Assembly: GCA_002327255.1 (NCBI GenBank)
Contig: DCUM01000204.1
Coordinates: forward strand, 781 to 64,780
Length of the DNA: 64,000 nt
Direction of reading: 5' to 3'
Source: a bacterium UBA2214
Lineage (GTDB): Bacteria; Zhuqueibacterota; Zhuqueibacteria; Residuimicrobiales; Residuimicrobiaceae
Shown piece by piece: positions 46,268 through 55,980 of the stretch. The notes below the pieces were generated by a model that was not told the DNA's origin, made no database searches, and worked only from the letters and a program-made list of their open reading frames with translations. Made by a program: the position numbers and the translations under genes. Each line of letters begins with the position of its first letter. The first letter of the stretch is position 1.

Positions 46268-47614
46268 ATGAAAATCGATATGATCATGCCCCAGATGGGG
46301 GAGAGCATCGTCGAGGGGACCATCCTCAAATGGCGCAAACGCAGCGGTGAGCACGTGCACAAGGACGAAATGATCCTCGACATCAGTACCGACAAAGTCG
46401 ATTCCGAAATTCCATCCCCGGCCGCGGGCGTGTTGACGGAAATTCTCGCCGCAGAGGGCAAAACGGTAGCCGTGGGCTCTGTCATTGCCCGCATCGAGAG
46501 CGCCGGCGTGGAGACAGCCCCGCCCGTGGCGCCGCTTCCTGGCACCGCACCAGATCGATCCGAACCCGCCCCGGCCGCGGCGCCGTCACCGGATAGCAGA
46601 CGTTTTTTATCACCGGTGGTGAAAAAAATCGCGCGCGAATATGGACTAAACGCCGCCGAGTTGGATGCCATCCGTGGCAGCGGCGGCAATCAGCGCATCA
46701 GCAAAAATGATATTCTCGCCTATCTTGAACGAAAGCGGGACGGGATCGCGGTGTTTCCTGCAAAGCCGGCCGCTGCGCCGCCCGGTGTCGCCACAGCATT
46801 CCCGCAACCGGCCCCTGCGGCGCCATCCGGTGCACCCTCGCTTTCATCGCCGCCGGCAGCCCCGCCACCATCGGTCGCAACCCCGGAGACGCCGCCGCCG
46901 GCCCTGCCTGCGTCATCTGCTGAACGCGCCGAGTATGAAATCGTGCCAATGGACCATGTGCGCAAACGCATCGCCGAACACATGGTCTTGAGCAAGCATA
47001 CCTCCGCGCACGTGACCTCGGTGGCCGAAATCGACGTCACTGAAATCGTCCAATACCGCGAACGTGTCAAAAAATCATTTGAAGAGCGCGAGGGCTTTCC
47101 CCTCACCTTCACGGCCTTTTTTGTCGATGTGGCAGCCCGCACGCTGAAGGATTTTCCCTATCTCAATTCCTCCGTGGAGGGCGACAAGATATTTCTCAAG
47201 AAATCCATTCATATTGGCATTGCCGTCGGCCTTGAAAACGGCCTGATCGTTCCGGTGATTCGTCACGCCGATCAGATGAATTTGACCGGTATCGCCCGCG
47301 TGATATCCGATCTCGCCAACCGCGCACGCACCCGGCAGCTCAAACCCGATGAGGTGCAGGGGGGGACCTTCACCATCACCAATATCGGCACTTTTGGCAA
47401 TCTTTTCGGAACCCCGGTGATCAATCAACCCCAGGTGGCCATTCTCGGAACCGGTGCCATTAAAAAACGGCCTGTCATCATCGATGATGCCATCGCCATT
47501 CGCTCCATGATGTATATGAGCCTGACCTACGATCATCGCATCATTGATGGCCTCTATGGCGGCTCCTTCTTGCAGCAGATAGTCCAGAAACTCGAGAATT
47601 ATAAAATTGAATAA
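46268..47614 (+). CDS. Dihydrolipoamide acyltransferase (E2) of 2-oxoacid dehydrogenase complex
   Basis: Lipoyl domain with DISTDKVDSEIPSPAAG, Ala/Pro linker, catalytic DHRIIDG. Confidence 0.85.
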   Translation: MKIDMIMPQMGESIVEGTILKWRKRSGEHVHKDEMILDISTDKVDSEIPSPAAGVLTEILAAEGKTVAVGSVIARIESAGVETAPPVAPLPGTAPDRSEPAPAAAPSPDSRRFLSPVVKKIAREYGLNAAELDAIRGSGGNQRISKNDILAYLERKRDGIAVFPAKPAAAPPGVATAFPQPAPAAPSGAPSLSSPPAAPPPSVATPETPPPALPASSAERAEYEIVPMDHVRKRIAEHMVLSKHTSAHVTSVAEIDVTEIVQYRERVKKSFEEREGFPLTFTAFFVDVAARTLKDFPYLNSSVEGDKIFLKKSIHIGIAVGLENGLIVPVIRHADQMNLTGIARVISDLANRARTRQLKPDEVQGGTFTITNIGTFGNLFGTPVINQPQVAILGTGAIKKRPVIIDDAIAIRSMMYMSLTYDHRIIDGLYGGSFLQQIVQKLENYKIE

Positions 47615-48323
47615 CCAATGCAAGGGAGGCAGGGTGGAGGAACCACTCCGTGAGATAGCGGTTCTCGATCATGGTTTTGTCAAACTGGTTGATTTTATGG
47701 GTGGTGATATGGCCGTCGTCCAAGCCGCCCGTGTCTCCTTTGGCAAAGGTGTCACTGAACCGGAACGCGACAGAAAACTGCTGGCATTTTTACTGGCCAA
47801 TCGCCATGAAACGCCCTTTGAGCACTCGGTATTCAAATTCCATATCAAGTGCCCTCTTTTCGTCGCCCGGCAATGGTTTCGTCATCGCATCGCCAGCTAT
47901 AATGAAATATCCGGGCGTTATGCGACTCTGAATGAGGAATTTTGCCTGCCGGAGGTTCTGCGCACACAAAAGGCGAAAAACTACCGCTATGAACGCATGG
48001 CCGAGCCCGAAAATAGCGTGTTGAAGGGCAAAATGGCGGCGTTCTATCAGGCGGCCTACGACCTCTACCGGGAATTGCTGCAAAACGGCGTCGCAAAAGA
48101 GCATGCGCGCATGGTGCTGCCGCTCGCCTTGTATACGCAGTTTTATTGGACCATCAACGCGCGCGCCCTGATGAACTTTCTGTCGCTCAGGCTGGATAAA
48201 CACGCCCAGGATGAGATTCGGCATTATGCAGAAGCCATCGCAGGCGTCTTTGCCGAATACATGCCCTGGACATTCGACGCCTTCAAACGTTATGTCGTCT
48301 CGGGAGAAAAATGGATCGAGTAG
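47607..48323 (+). CDS. thyX: Flavin-dependent thymidylate synthase ThyX
   Basis: ThyX motif RHRIASYNEISGRY. The true start is probably the GTG at 47634, after AAGGGAGG. Confidence 0.8.
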   Translation: MNNQCKGGRVEEPLREIAVLDHGFVKLVDFMGGDMAVVQAARVSFGKGVTEPERDRKLLAFLLANRHETPFEHSVFKFHIKCPLFVARQWFRHRIASYNEISGRYATLNEEFCLPEVLRTQKAKNYRYERMAEPENSVLKGKMAAFYQAAYDLYRELLQNGVAKEHARMVLPLALYTQFYWTINARALMNFLSLRLDKHAQDEIRHYAEAIAGVFAEYMPWTFDAFKRYVVSGEKWIE

Positions 48324-49180
48324 TCAGGCAACGCAGACCGCATTGGCTCAAGGTGGATTTGAGCGGTAAAGGCCAGTACTACCACGTCAAAGAGCTGGTT
48401 GCCAAACGAGCACTGCATACGGTATGCCAGAGTGCCAGGTGTCCGAATATCGGAGAATGCTGGGCGCGTAATACCGCCACTTTCATGATTTTAGGCGACA
48501 CCTGCACGCGCAATTGCCGTTTTTGTGCCGTTGACCATGGAGTAGCCGGGCCGGTTGATGGCGATGAACCCGCGCGCGTTGCGGAAGCGGTCGCCGAATT
48601 GCACCTCTCCTATGCGGTCATTACCTCCGTGACGCGCGATGATTTGCCGGACGGCGGCGCGTGCCAGTTCGCTGAAACCATTCGTGCCATCAAGGGTCGC
48701 GCCCCGCATTGTCTGGTGGAAGTGCTCATCCCGGATTTTCTGGGTTCGAATGCGGCGCTGGAAATGGTGATTGAGGCGGCACCGGATGTACTCAATCATA
48801 ACCTCGAAACCGTCCCGGCGCTCTATGAGCGTGTGCGGCCGCAGGCGAATTACCGGCGTTCCCTGGAAGTCCTGCAGCGCGCCCGGCGAAACGGCATGCC
48901 TACCAAATCGGGTCTCATGCTGGGACTGGGAGAAACGCGCGATCAGATTGTATCGACGATGCATGATCTGCGCCACGTCGATTGCCAGATTCTGACCCTT
49001 GGACAGTATCTGCAGCCCTCCCGGCATCATCTCCCCGTCGAACGTTACCTGGAACCGCAAGAATTTGCCGAATTGAAACAGATGGGACTGGATGTTGGAT
49101 TCAGCCATGTGGAGTCCGGCCCGCTGGTCCGCAGTTCCTATCATGCCGATAAACAGTCCCTCGAGGCCTTGCGCGGATGA
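48311..49180 (+). CDS. lipA: Lipoyl synthase
   Basis: CPNIGECW and CTRNCRFC (radical SAM) clusters. Confidence 0.85.
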   Translation: MDRVVRQRRPHWLKVDLSGKGQYYHVKELVAKRALHTVCQSARCPNIGECWARNTATFMILGDTCTRNCRFCAVDHGVAGPVDGDEPARVAEAVAELHLSYAVITSVTRDDLPDGGACQFAETIRAIKGRAPHCLVEVLIPDFLGSNAALEMVIEAAPDVLNHNLETVPALYERVRPQANYRRSLEVLQRARRNGMPTKSGLMLGLGETRDQIVSTMHDLRHVDCQILTLGQYLQPSRHHLPVERYLEPQEFAELKQMGLDVGFSHVESGPLVRSSYHADKQSLEALRG

Positions 49181-49231
49181 TGATCAGGCATTGAACCAGC
49201 TTTATAACCTTACACCTGAGAGAGAAACGAT

Positions 49232-49819
49232 ATGGCGATTTTACCCGTCATCAAATATGGACACCCGACCTTGCGAAAAATGGCTCAACCCGTCCGGCCG
49301 GAAGAGATTGATTCCCGGTTCATTGAGGATATGATAGAGACCATGCTTGCCCTGGATGGCGCTGGCCTGGCAGCCAATCAGGTTGACAGCCTGCAGAAAA
49401 TCCTCGTCGCCGTAGAACCCAAAAAAGATATGATTCACGTCCTGATCAATCCGGTCATTGCCGGATACAGCGAAAGAAGCGAAACAGACAGCGAAGGCTG
49501 TCTGAGTCTGCCGGGATTGCAGGCCACGGTGGAGCGTCACAGCAAAATAGTCGTTAACGCCCTCACGCCTGATGGGGAAAAGGTGGAAATTCAGGCACGC
49601 GGACTCTTTGCGCGCATTCTCCAGCATGAAATTGATCATCTCAACGGCATTCTTTACATCGACCGGGCTGATCTGGATACGCTGGTTTGGCTACGCGATG
49701 TGAGTGAAAAGGAGGTTATGACAGAACCCGCCACCCTGGAGGAAGTTCAGAAAGCGTATAATAAACAATACCATAAAGCCGTGCCGCTCAGTGTATTTTC
49801 GCCCCCGAAAAATACTTGA
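49232..49819 (+). CDS. def: Peptide deformylase
   Basis: GLAANQ, EGCLSLPG, QHEIDHLNG. Confidence 0.85.
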   Translation: MAILPVIKYGHPTLRKMAQPVRPEEIDSRFIEDMIETMLALDGAGLAANQVDSLQKILVAVEPKKDMIHVLINPVIAGYSERSETDSEGCLSLPGLQATVERHSKIVVNALTPDGEKVEIQARGLFARILQHEIDHLNGILYIDRADLDTLVWLRDVSEKEVMTEPATLEEVQKAYNKQYHKAVPLSVFSPPKNT

Positions 49820-49891
49820 ATATTTCATCCTGTTTTTCTATTTTAAGCACAAACAGGGGCAACACAGAGCACAGGACGGCAACAGGGAGTT

Positions 49892-50857
49892 GTGATGAGC
49901 AATGATTCATTGGCATTTATTGGACTCGATCTGGGCGGCACTTTTTTAAAATATGCCTTGGGGCGTGAGGATGGAAAGGTGCTGGCCAAGGGGAAAATGC
50001 CCAGCCGGGCTCAGGAATCAAGGGATAAAACATTTGAGGTCATGTTCATGGCCATCGCAGAGATGCTTGAAAAAGCGAAATCTTTTTCTGTGCATGTCGC
50101 CGGTATGGGGGTGGGCAGTCCCGGTGCCGTGGATTTCGATCATGGACGCATCCTCGGCAATACGCCCAATCTGCCCAATTGGTCGGACGCCGACATCCGC
50201 GGCGAATTGGAGTCCAGGTTCAATATCCCGGTTTGGGCCGATAACGATGCCAACCTGATGACCCTGGCCGAGTGCCGCTACGGCGCGGCCAAGGGCAGCC
50301 GCTATGTCATCGCGCTGACGCTGGGTACGGGTATCGGTGGCGGGATTGTTATCGATGATCAACTCTATCGCGGTGCGCGTTTTTCAGGTTCTGAATTGGG
50401 CCACATGAGCATCAATTTTGAGGGACCGCCCTGTGGTTGCGGATGCGTTGGCTGTATCGAGGCTTATGCGTCCGCCCCCGCTATAGTGAAAAATTATCGT
50501 GAAAAACTCGCCAACAAACACTTTCCGACGCCCAATCCAATCACGACCGAAATCATCTTTCAGCATGCCAAAGACGGTGACCTGCTCGCCAATCAGGTCA
50601 TCGACGAAATCTGTTTTTATCTGGGCGCAGCCATCGGCAGCCTCATCAATATCTTCAATCCGCAAGTCGTTGTCATCGGTGGTGGCGTCGCGGATGCCGG
50701 CGATGAGTTCATTCAGCGTATTTGGCAGGCTGTCCACGGCAGAGCCATGGAAGCCGCGCTGCGTGGTGTGCGCCTTGAACGGGCCAGTCTGGGTAACGAT
50801 GCCGGCGTGGTGGGCGCCTTTGCACTTGCCGCAGATTGCTACAAAGCCCTTTCGTGA
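49892..50857 (+). CDS. ROK-family sugar kinase (glucokinase-like)
   Basis: IGLDLGGT ATP-binding region. Zinc motif CGCGCVGCIEAYAS. Confidence 0.75.
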   Translation: MMSNDSLAFIGLDLGGTFLKYALGREDGKVLAKGKMPSRAQESRDKTFEVMFMAIAEMLEKAKSFSVHVAGMGVGSPGAVDFDHGRILGNTPNLPNWSDADIRGELESRFNIPVWADNDANLMTLAECRYGAAKGSRYVIALTLGTGIGGGIVIDDQLYRGARFSGSELGHMSINFEGPPCGCGCVGCIEAYASAPAIVKNYREKLANKHFPTPNPITTEIIFQHAKDGDLLANQVIDEICFYLGAAIGSLINIFNPQVVVIGGGVADAGDEFIQRIWQAVHGRAMEAALRGVRLERASLGNDAGVVGAFALAADCYKALS

Positions 50858-50867
50858 TGTAATTTTT

Positions 50868-51890
50868 ATGTCTGATCATCCAGAGACCGCCATGCTGAGC
50901 CGATTACCGGCTTTCACCCCTTTGGCCAATTTGCCGACGCCCATTCAGCCCCTGCTGAAATGGCAGGAAAAAACCGCCGGCGTAAACTGGTGGATAAAGC
51001 GGGATGATCTCACGGCCAATGCCGCCAGCGGGAACAAGATTCGCAAGCTCGAGTATGTCGCCCATGCGGCGCTTGCCCGGGATGCGGATGTCCTCATCAC
51101 CTGCGGAGGCCTGCAATCCAATCACGCCAGAACGACTGCACTGGTCGCCGCACAATTGGGATTGAAATCACACCTGGTTCTCCGCGGCGAAATGCCCGCG
51201 CAATGGAATGGCAATTTTCTCCTGGATAAAATCGCGGGCGCCACGATCAGCTTCATAACACCCGAAGAATACGCAGCGGCTAATTGGCAGATCATGCACA
51301 CCGTGGCCGAATCGTACGCAGCAAAAGGCATCAAGGCGATCGTCATTCCCGAAGGCGCTTCCGATGCACTCGGCACCTTTGGCTATGCCAAAGCCGTAGA
51401 GGAGATCATACAACAAGCGCAGGCCATGGGGGTCTCGTTCGATGCGGTCTTTTGCGCCACCGGTTCAGGCGGTACGCAGGCCGGCCTGATACTGGGCAAA
51501 GCCCTATATGGCTGGAACGCAACCGTTTATGGCATCAACATCTGTGATGATGAAGCCTATTTTCAGCAAAAAATTCGCACCATTCTCGATGGTGTCCGGG
51601 CGGACTATCTGCCGGAATTTGCGGCAGCCCGGCAGGATATTCGGCTGCTCGATGGCCATATTGGTGATGGGTATGCCAAAACCCGGCCTGAAGAATTGGC
51701 CACGCTGATCGCGTTTGCCCGCCTCGAGGGCATCATCCTTGATCCCGTCTACTCCGGCAAAGCACTGCACGGCCTCATGAAAGAATTCAATAAAGGACGT
51801 TTTGCCGGATTGGCCAATATTCTCTTTCTGCATACCGGCGGCCTCTTTGGCCTGTTTCCCTTTGAAGCGCAATTTCAGACTGTGTGCTGA
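50868..51890 (+). CDS. PLP-dependent D-cysteine desulfhydrase / ACC deaminase family enzyme
   Basis: Internal Met of ORF 50499..51890. WIKRDDL...SGNKIRKLEY (PLP Lys), GGLQSNHARTTA. Confidence 0.75.
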   Translation: MSDHPETAMLSRLPAFTPLANLPTPIQPLLKWQEKTAGVNWWIKRDDLTANAASGNKIRKLEYVAHAALARDADVLITCGGLQSNHARTTALVAAQLGLKSHLVLRGEMPAQWNGNFLLDKIAGATISFITPEEYAAANWQIMHTVAESYAAKGIKAIVIPEGASDALGTFGYAKAVEEIIQQAQAMGVSFDAVFCATGSGGTQAGLILGKALYGWNATVYGINICDDEAYFQQKIRTILDGVRADYLPEFAAARQDIRLLDGHIGDGYAKTRPEELATLIAFARLEGIILDPVYSGKALHGLMKEFNKGRFAGLANILFLHTGGLFGLFPFEAQFQTVC

Positions 51891-51978
51891 CCAGAAGCCT
51901 CCGGCGTCATCGAAATTAAAAAAAAGGTTGCATTTTTTAATAAATATGAGTACACTGATGGAAATTAAGGAGCGTAAC

Positions 51979-52032
51979 GTGTATTTCAGCCGCGTCCATC
52001 ATCAGCACCACCATCACACCTGTGAGACTTGA
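51979..52032 (+). CDS. hisL: His-rich leader peptide of his operon (MYFSRVHHQHHHHTCET; alternative ATG start at 51946 gives 28 aa)
   Basis: AAGGAG RBS 7 nt before the GTG at 51979. Six His codons out of seven (cat cat cag cac cac cat cac). It is followed by an intrinsic terminator and hisG. Confidence 0.55.
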   Translation: MYFSRVHHQHHHHTCET

Positions 52033-52066
52033 GAGATAGGTTACGGCTGCAGTACGTTTTGATTAC

Positions 52067-52101
52067 AGGCCCGCTGATCCTATCAGCGGGCCTTTTTATT
52101 T
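52067..52101 (+). terminator. Intrinsic terminator / attenuator between his leader peptide and hisG
   Basis: AGGCCCGCTGAT-cct-ATCAGCGGGCCT 12-bp stem followed by TTTTTATTT. hisG starts 23 nt downstream. Confidence 0.65.
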
Positions 52102-52123
52102 GAAACTCGAGGAAAGGGAAAAT

Positions 52124-53020
52124 ATGATTGACTGGAATGGTCTTGATGATAAAGTCTTGAAAATCGGGTTGCCCAAAGGAAGTCTGCAGGAGGCAACGTT
52201 GCGCTTGTTGGCAAAGGCCGGTTTTCATTTTTCCGTGAGCGAAAGGTCCTACTTTCCTTCCATCGATGACCCGGATATCCAGGCCATACTCATTCGTGCA
52301 CAGGAGATCGCCAAATATGTTGAGGATGGCATCTTTGATATCGGTTTGACGGGTAAAGACTGGATTCTGGAGAATCGTGCCGATGTTGTTGAAGTCGCTG
52401 AACTCACCTATGCCAAATTGACGATGCGACCGGTCAAATGGGTGCTCGCCGTACCCACGGAGTCCCCGATAAAAAGTGTTCAGGATCTTCAGGGCAAACG
52501 CATTGCCACCGAGATCGTCAATCTCACCAAAGATTATCTGAGTGGGCACGGTGTCTCCGCGGATGTCGAATTTTCATGGGGCGCCACGGAAGTCAAAGCC
52601 CCTACACTGGTCGATGCCATTGTCGAGGTTACGGAAACCGGCAGTTCGTTGCGCGCCAATAATCTGCGCATCGTTGAAGTGCTGCTGGAGTCGCGCACCA
52701 TGCTCATCGCCAACAAGATGAGCTGGCAGAATGAGAGCAAAAGAGAACGCATTGAAAACCTCAACATGCTGCTCCAGGGCGCGATTGTGGCGGAGGGCAA
52801 AGTGGGATTGAAGATGAATGTCCGCCAAACCCAACTGGAAGGCCTCATGCAGCAATTGCCAGCCATGAAGCAGCCAACCGTTTCACCGCTGCACGGCGGT
52901 GAATGGGTTGCGGTGGAAACGATCGTCGAGGAAGCCCTGGTGCGCAAGCTCATTCCGAATCTGAAGCGTGCCGGCGCACAGGACATCATTGAATACCCGT
53001 TGAATAAAGTCATTTATTGA
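52124..53020 (+). CDS. hisG: ATP phosphoribosyltransferase, long form
   Basis: [22 protein letters not shown]...[26 protein letters not shown]-terminal regulatory domain present. Confidence 0.85.
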   Translation: MIDWNGLDDKVLKIGLPKGSLQEATLRLLAKAGFHFSVSERSYFPSIDDPDIQAILIRAQEIAKYVEDGIFDIGLTGKDWILENRADVVEVAELTYAKLTMRPVKWVLAVPTESPIKSVQDLQGKRIATEIVNLTKDYLSGHGVSADVEFSWGATEVKAPTLVDAIVEVTETGSSLRANNLRIVEVLLESRTMLIANKMSWQNESKRERIENLNMLLQGAIVAEGKVGLKMNVRQTQLEGLMQQLPAMKQPTVSPLHGGEWVAVETIVEEALVRKLIPNLKRAGAQDIIEYPLNKVIY

Positions 53021-53023
53021 TGG

Positions 53024-54319
53024 ATGGGCACCATGATCACGGTCTATCAGGATAGCGAAATTGAATCTTTTTTACAGCGTTTCCAGTCACGGCGTCAGGA
53101 AATCGGCGTTGAAGTGGAGGCCGCGGTGCGTGAAATTCTCCGCGATGTCGAGAAACTCGGCGATGCGGCTCTGTACACCTATGCCGGAAAGTTCGATCGG
53201 GTGCCTTTGGAAGAAATCGGGCTTCTGGTCCCGGAGAGTCAATTACAAGCGGCACATAAAAATCTCGACCCGTCCTTGTTGCAGGCGTTGCGCAGCGCGC
53301 GAGAAAATATCGCGCGGTTTCACAGCCGTGCCGTGCCGCAATCGTGGATGAGTTGGGAGGCGGATGGCATTATCCTCGGACAGCGTCTGCTGCCACTCGA
53401 TCGTGTGGGTATTTATGTGCCGGGTGGACGGGCGGCCTATCCCTCTTCACTGCTGATGGGCGTGGTTCCGGCGCAAGTGGCGGGTGTGCGCGAAATTGTC
53501 ATCACAACACCCTGCGATGGCAACGGGAATATCCATGCGACGATTTTGGCCGCTGCCTGGGAACTGGGTATACGCCAGGTTTATCGCGTAGGCGGTGCCC
53601 AGGCTGTAGCCGCCCTGGCTTATGGCACCCAAACCATCCCGCGCGTGGATAAAATCGTCGGACCCGGAAATATCTATGTGGCGACGGCGAAAAAGATGGT
53701 CTATGGAACCACCGGCATCGATATGGTGGCCGGTCCCAGTGAAGTGGTCGTTGTGGCCGATGAGACAGCCGATCCGGCCTATATCGCCGCCGATCTTCTC
53801 GCTCAGGCTGAACACGATCCCCTCGCTTCTGCCATTCTCATCACGCCCTCCCGGGAACTGGCGCGTGCGACCGCCGGGCAATTGAACCGACTCGCGGCGC
53901 CGTTGCCGCGAAAAAGCATCATCGCCGAGGCCTTGCGCCACTACGGCGCCCTCTTGATCAGCAAAGATTTGCACGAAGCGGCCGCCCTGTCGAACCGTCT
54001 TGCGCCGGAACATCTTGGACTTCACCTCGACGATCCCTGGCGCTGGCTGCCTGCGTTCGTCTGCGCCGGCGCCATTTTCCTCGGTCATCATTCACCGGAA
54101 GCAGTGGGCGACTATTGGGCCGGGCCCAATCATATTCTGCCAACCAACGGTTCCGCGCGATTTGCATCGCCATTGCGCACTGAAGATTTCCTGCGCGCCA
54201 GCAGCCTGGTCTGTTACACACAGGAGGGACTCACCAAAGCGAGTCCCTTCATTCAACAATTTGCCGCCAGCGAAGGATTGCTGGCACATGCCCAATCGGT
54301 CACCATTCGAGTGAAATAA
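53024..54319 (+). CDS. hisD: Histidinol dehydrogenase
   Basis: VYRVGGAQAVAALAYGT, GPGNIYV, AQAEHDP. Confidence 0.85.
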   Translation: MGTMITVYQDSEIESFLQRFQSRRQEIGVEVEAAVREILRDVEKLGDAALYTYAGKFDRVPLEEIGLLVPESQLQAAHKNLDPSLLQALRSARENIARFHSRAVPQSWMSWEADGIILGQRLLPLDRVGIYVPGGRAAYPSSLLMGVVPAQVAGVREIVITTPCDGNGNIHATILAAAWELGIRQVYRVGGAQAVAALAYGTQTIPRVDKIVGPGNIYVATAKKMVYGTTGIDMVAGPSEVVVVADETADPAYIAADLLAQAEHDPLASAILITPSRELARATAGQLNRLAAPLPRKSIIAEALRHYGALLISKDLHEAAALSNRLAPEHLGLHLDDPWRWLPAFVCAGAIFLGHHSPEAVGDYWAGPNHILPTNGSARFASPLRTEDFLRASSLVCYTQEGLTKASPFIQQFAASEGLLAHAQSVTIRVK

Positions 54320-54322
54320 ACG

Positions 54323-55381
54323 ATGGAAAATTATTTTAAAGCGAGCGTTCTCAGTCTGCCCGGTTATGGCGCGCCTCCCCAGGAAGCGCCTGCCGCCAAA
54401 CTCAATCAAAATGAGAGTCCCTTTGACTTGCCCGCTGCCTTGAAAAAAGAGATACTCGATAAAGCGCTAACGCTGTCCTGGAATCGCTATCCGGTCAATG
54501 AGTCACCGCGATTGAAAGAAGCCCTGGCCGCCTGGCACCAGCTGGCGCCAGAGCAGATTTTGCTTGGAAACGGGTCGAACCAGCTGCTGCAAACCATCCT
54601 GAGTGGATGCACGGAACCCGGAGAGAAAATACTCTGCTGTCCGCCGACTTTTTCCCTGTTCGAGCTGTATATCGCGCTCTATGGGGGCGAAGCGCTTCTG
54701 GTACCCCGTCTTCCCGGTTCAGAAACCCCGCAAGCGGAGATCATGACGGCGATCAAAACCCGGCAACCCAAATTGATCCTGTTCTGTTCACCCAATAATC
54801 CCACTGGCAGCGAATTCGAGGTGGCTTTTGTCGAACAAGTCTGTGATGTTTCCCGCGGACTGGTCGTCGTCGATGAAGCCTATGCAGAATTCAGCACCCA
54901 ATCCTTTTTACCGCTGTTGAAACAGCGTAAAAATCTGGTCCTCTCCCGTACTTTTTCCAAAGCCTTCAGCATGGCGGGCCTGCGACTGGGATATCTGATG
55001 GCGGACGCAGAAATCATCGCGCAGTGGCGTAAAGTGAATCTGCCCTATAATATCAATCTCTTCACAGAACTGGTTGGCTTGACCCTTTTGAATCATCGTG
55101 CGCTCATCGAGCAACAGGTACAATTCATCATCCGGCAACGCGAATGGTTGCTCGCGCAGATGCAACAGATCGATGCCATCAAAGCCTGTCCTTCCGCGGC
55201 CAATTTCATCCTGTTTTCCTGTCCGGATGGCAAAGCGCTCTTTGCGCACCTCAAGGGAAGAGGCATTCTCGTGCGCGATGTGTCGGGCTATTGGGGCTTG
55301 GAAAACCATTTGCGCGTAAATGCCGGAAGTTTGCTGGAAAATCAATTATTTATCACCGCATTGCATGAATACTATCTATAG
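54323..55381 (+). CDS. hisC: Histidinol-phosphate aminotransferase
   Basis: Class II aminotransferase. PLP-Lys region SRTFSKAFSMAGLRLGY. Confidence 0.85.
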   Translation: MENYFKASVLSLPGYGAPPQEAPAAKLNQNESPFDLPAALKKEILDKALTLSWNRYPVNESPRLKEALAAWHQLAPEQILLGNGSNQLLQTILSGCTEPGEKILCCPPTFSLFELYIALYGGEALLVPRLPGSETPQAEIMTAIKTRQPKLILFCSPNNPTGSEFEVAFVEQVCDVSRGLVVVDEAYAEFSTQSFLPLLKQRKNLVLSRTFSKAFSMAGLRLGYLMADAEIIAQWRKVNLPYNINLFTELVGLTLLNHRALIEQQVQFIIRQREWLLAQMQQIDAIKACPSAANFILFSCPDGKALFAHLKGRGILVRDVSGYWGLENHLRVNAGSLLENQLFITALHEYYL

Positions 55382-55389
55382 GTGGATGC

Positions 55390-55980
55390 ATGGAACGTTG
55401 TGCTGAATGGGAGCGAAAAACCCGCGAAACCGCTGTCGCCGTACGGTTGCAGCTCGAGGGATCCGGAACCGCGGAGATCGCGACCGGAATCGGTTTTTTT
55501 GATCATCTGCTCGATGCGCTTTGCCGCCATGCCGGCCTGGATTTGTCGGTAAAAACGACGGGCGATCTTGAAGTCGATGGGCATCATACGGTTGAAGATA
55601 CGGGGATCGTGCTGGGGAAAGCCTTTGACGCGGCGCTGGGAGATCGCAGCGGGATTCGCCGCTTCGGTTACGCCTGCTGTCCGCTGGACGAAGCACTGGT
55701 GCGTGCCGTGGTGGACATCAGCGGCCGCGGCGGTTTTTATTTCACAACCGTGCTGCCGCTTGCACAGGTGGGCGCCTTCGCCGGCGAACTGCTCCCCGAG
55801 TTTTTTCGTGCACTGGCCTTGAACGGCCACTTCACCCTGCATCTGGATCTGTTGAAAGGGGAGAATCAGCATCATCTGCAGGAAGCGGCCATGAAAGCCT
55901 TTGCGATTGCCTGGCGGGAAGCGGTTATGGTGCAGGCGGCGCAGCGCGGTGTTCCCTCCACCAAGGGGACGTTGCGATGA
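55390..55980 (+). CDS. hisB: Imidazoleglycerol-phosphate dehydratase (monofunctional)
   Basis: RKTRETAVAVRLQLEGSG...FFDHLLDALCRHAGLDL...HHTVEDTGIVLG. Confidence 0.85.
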   Translation: MERCAEWERKTRETAVAVRLQLEGSGTAEIATGIGFFDHLLDALCRHAGLDLSVKTTGDLEVDGHHTVEDTGIVLGKAFDAALGDRSGIRRFGYACCPLDEALVRAVVDISGRGGFYFTTVLPLAQVGAFAGELLPEFFRALALNGHFTLHLDLLKGENQHHLQEAAMKAFAIAWREAVMVQAAQRGVPSTKGTLR

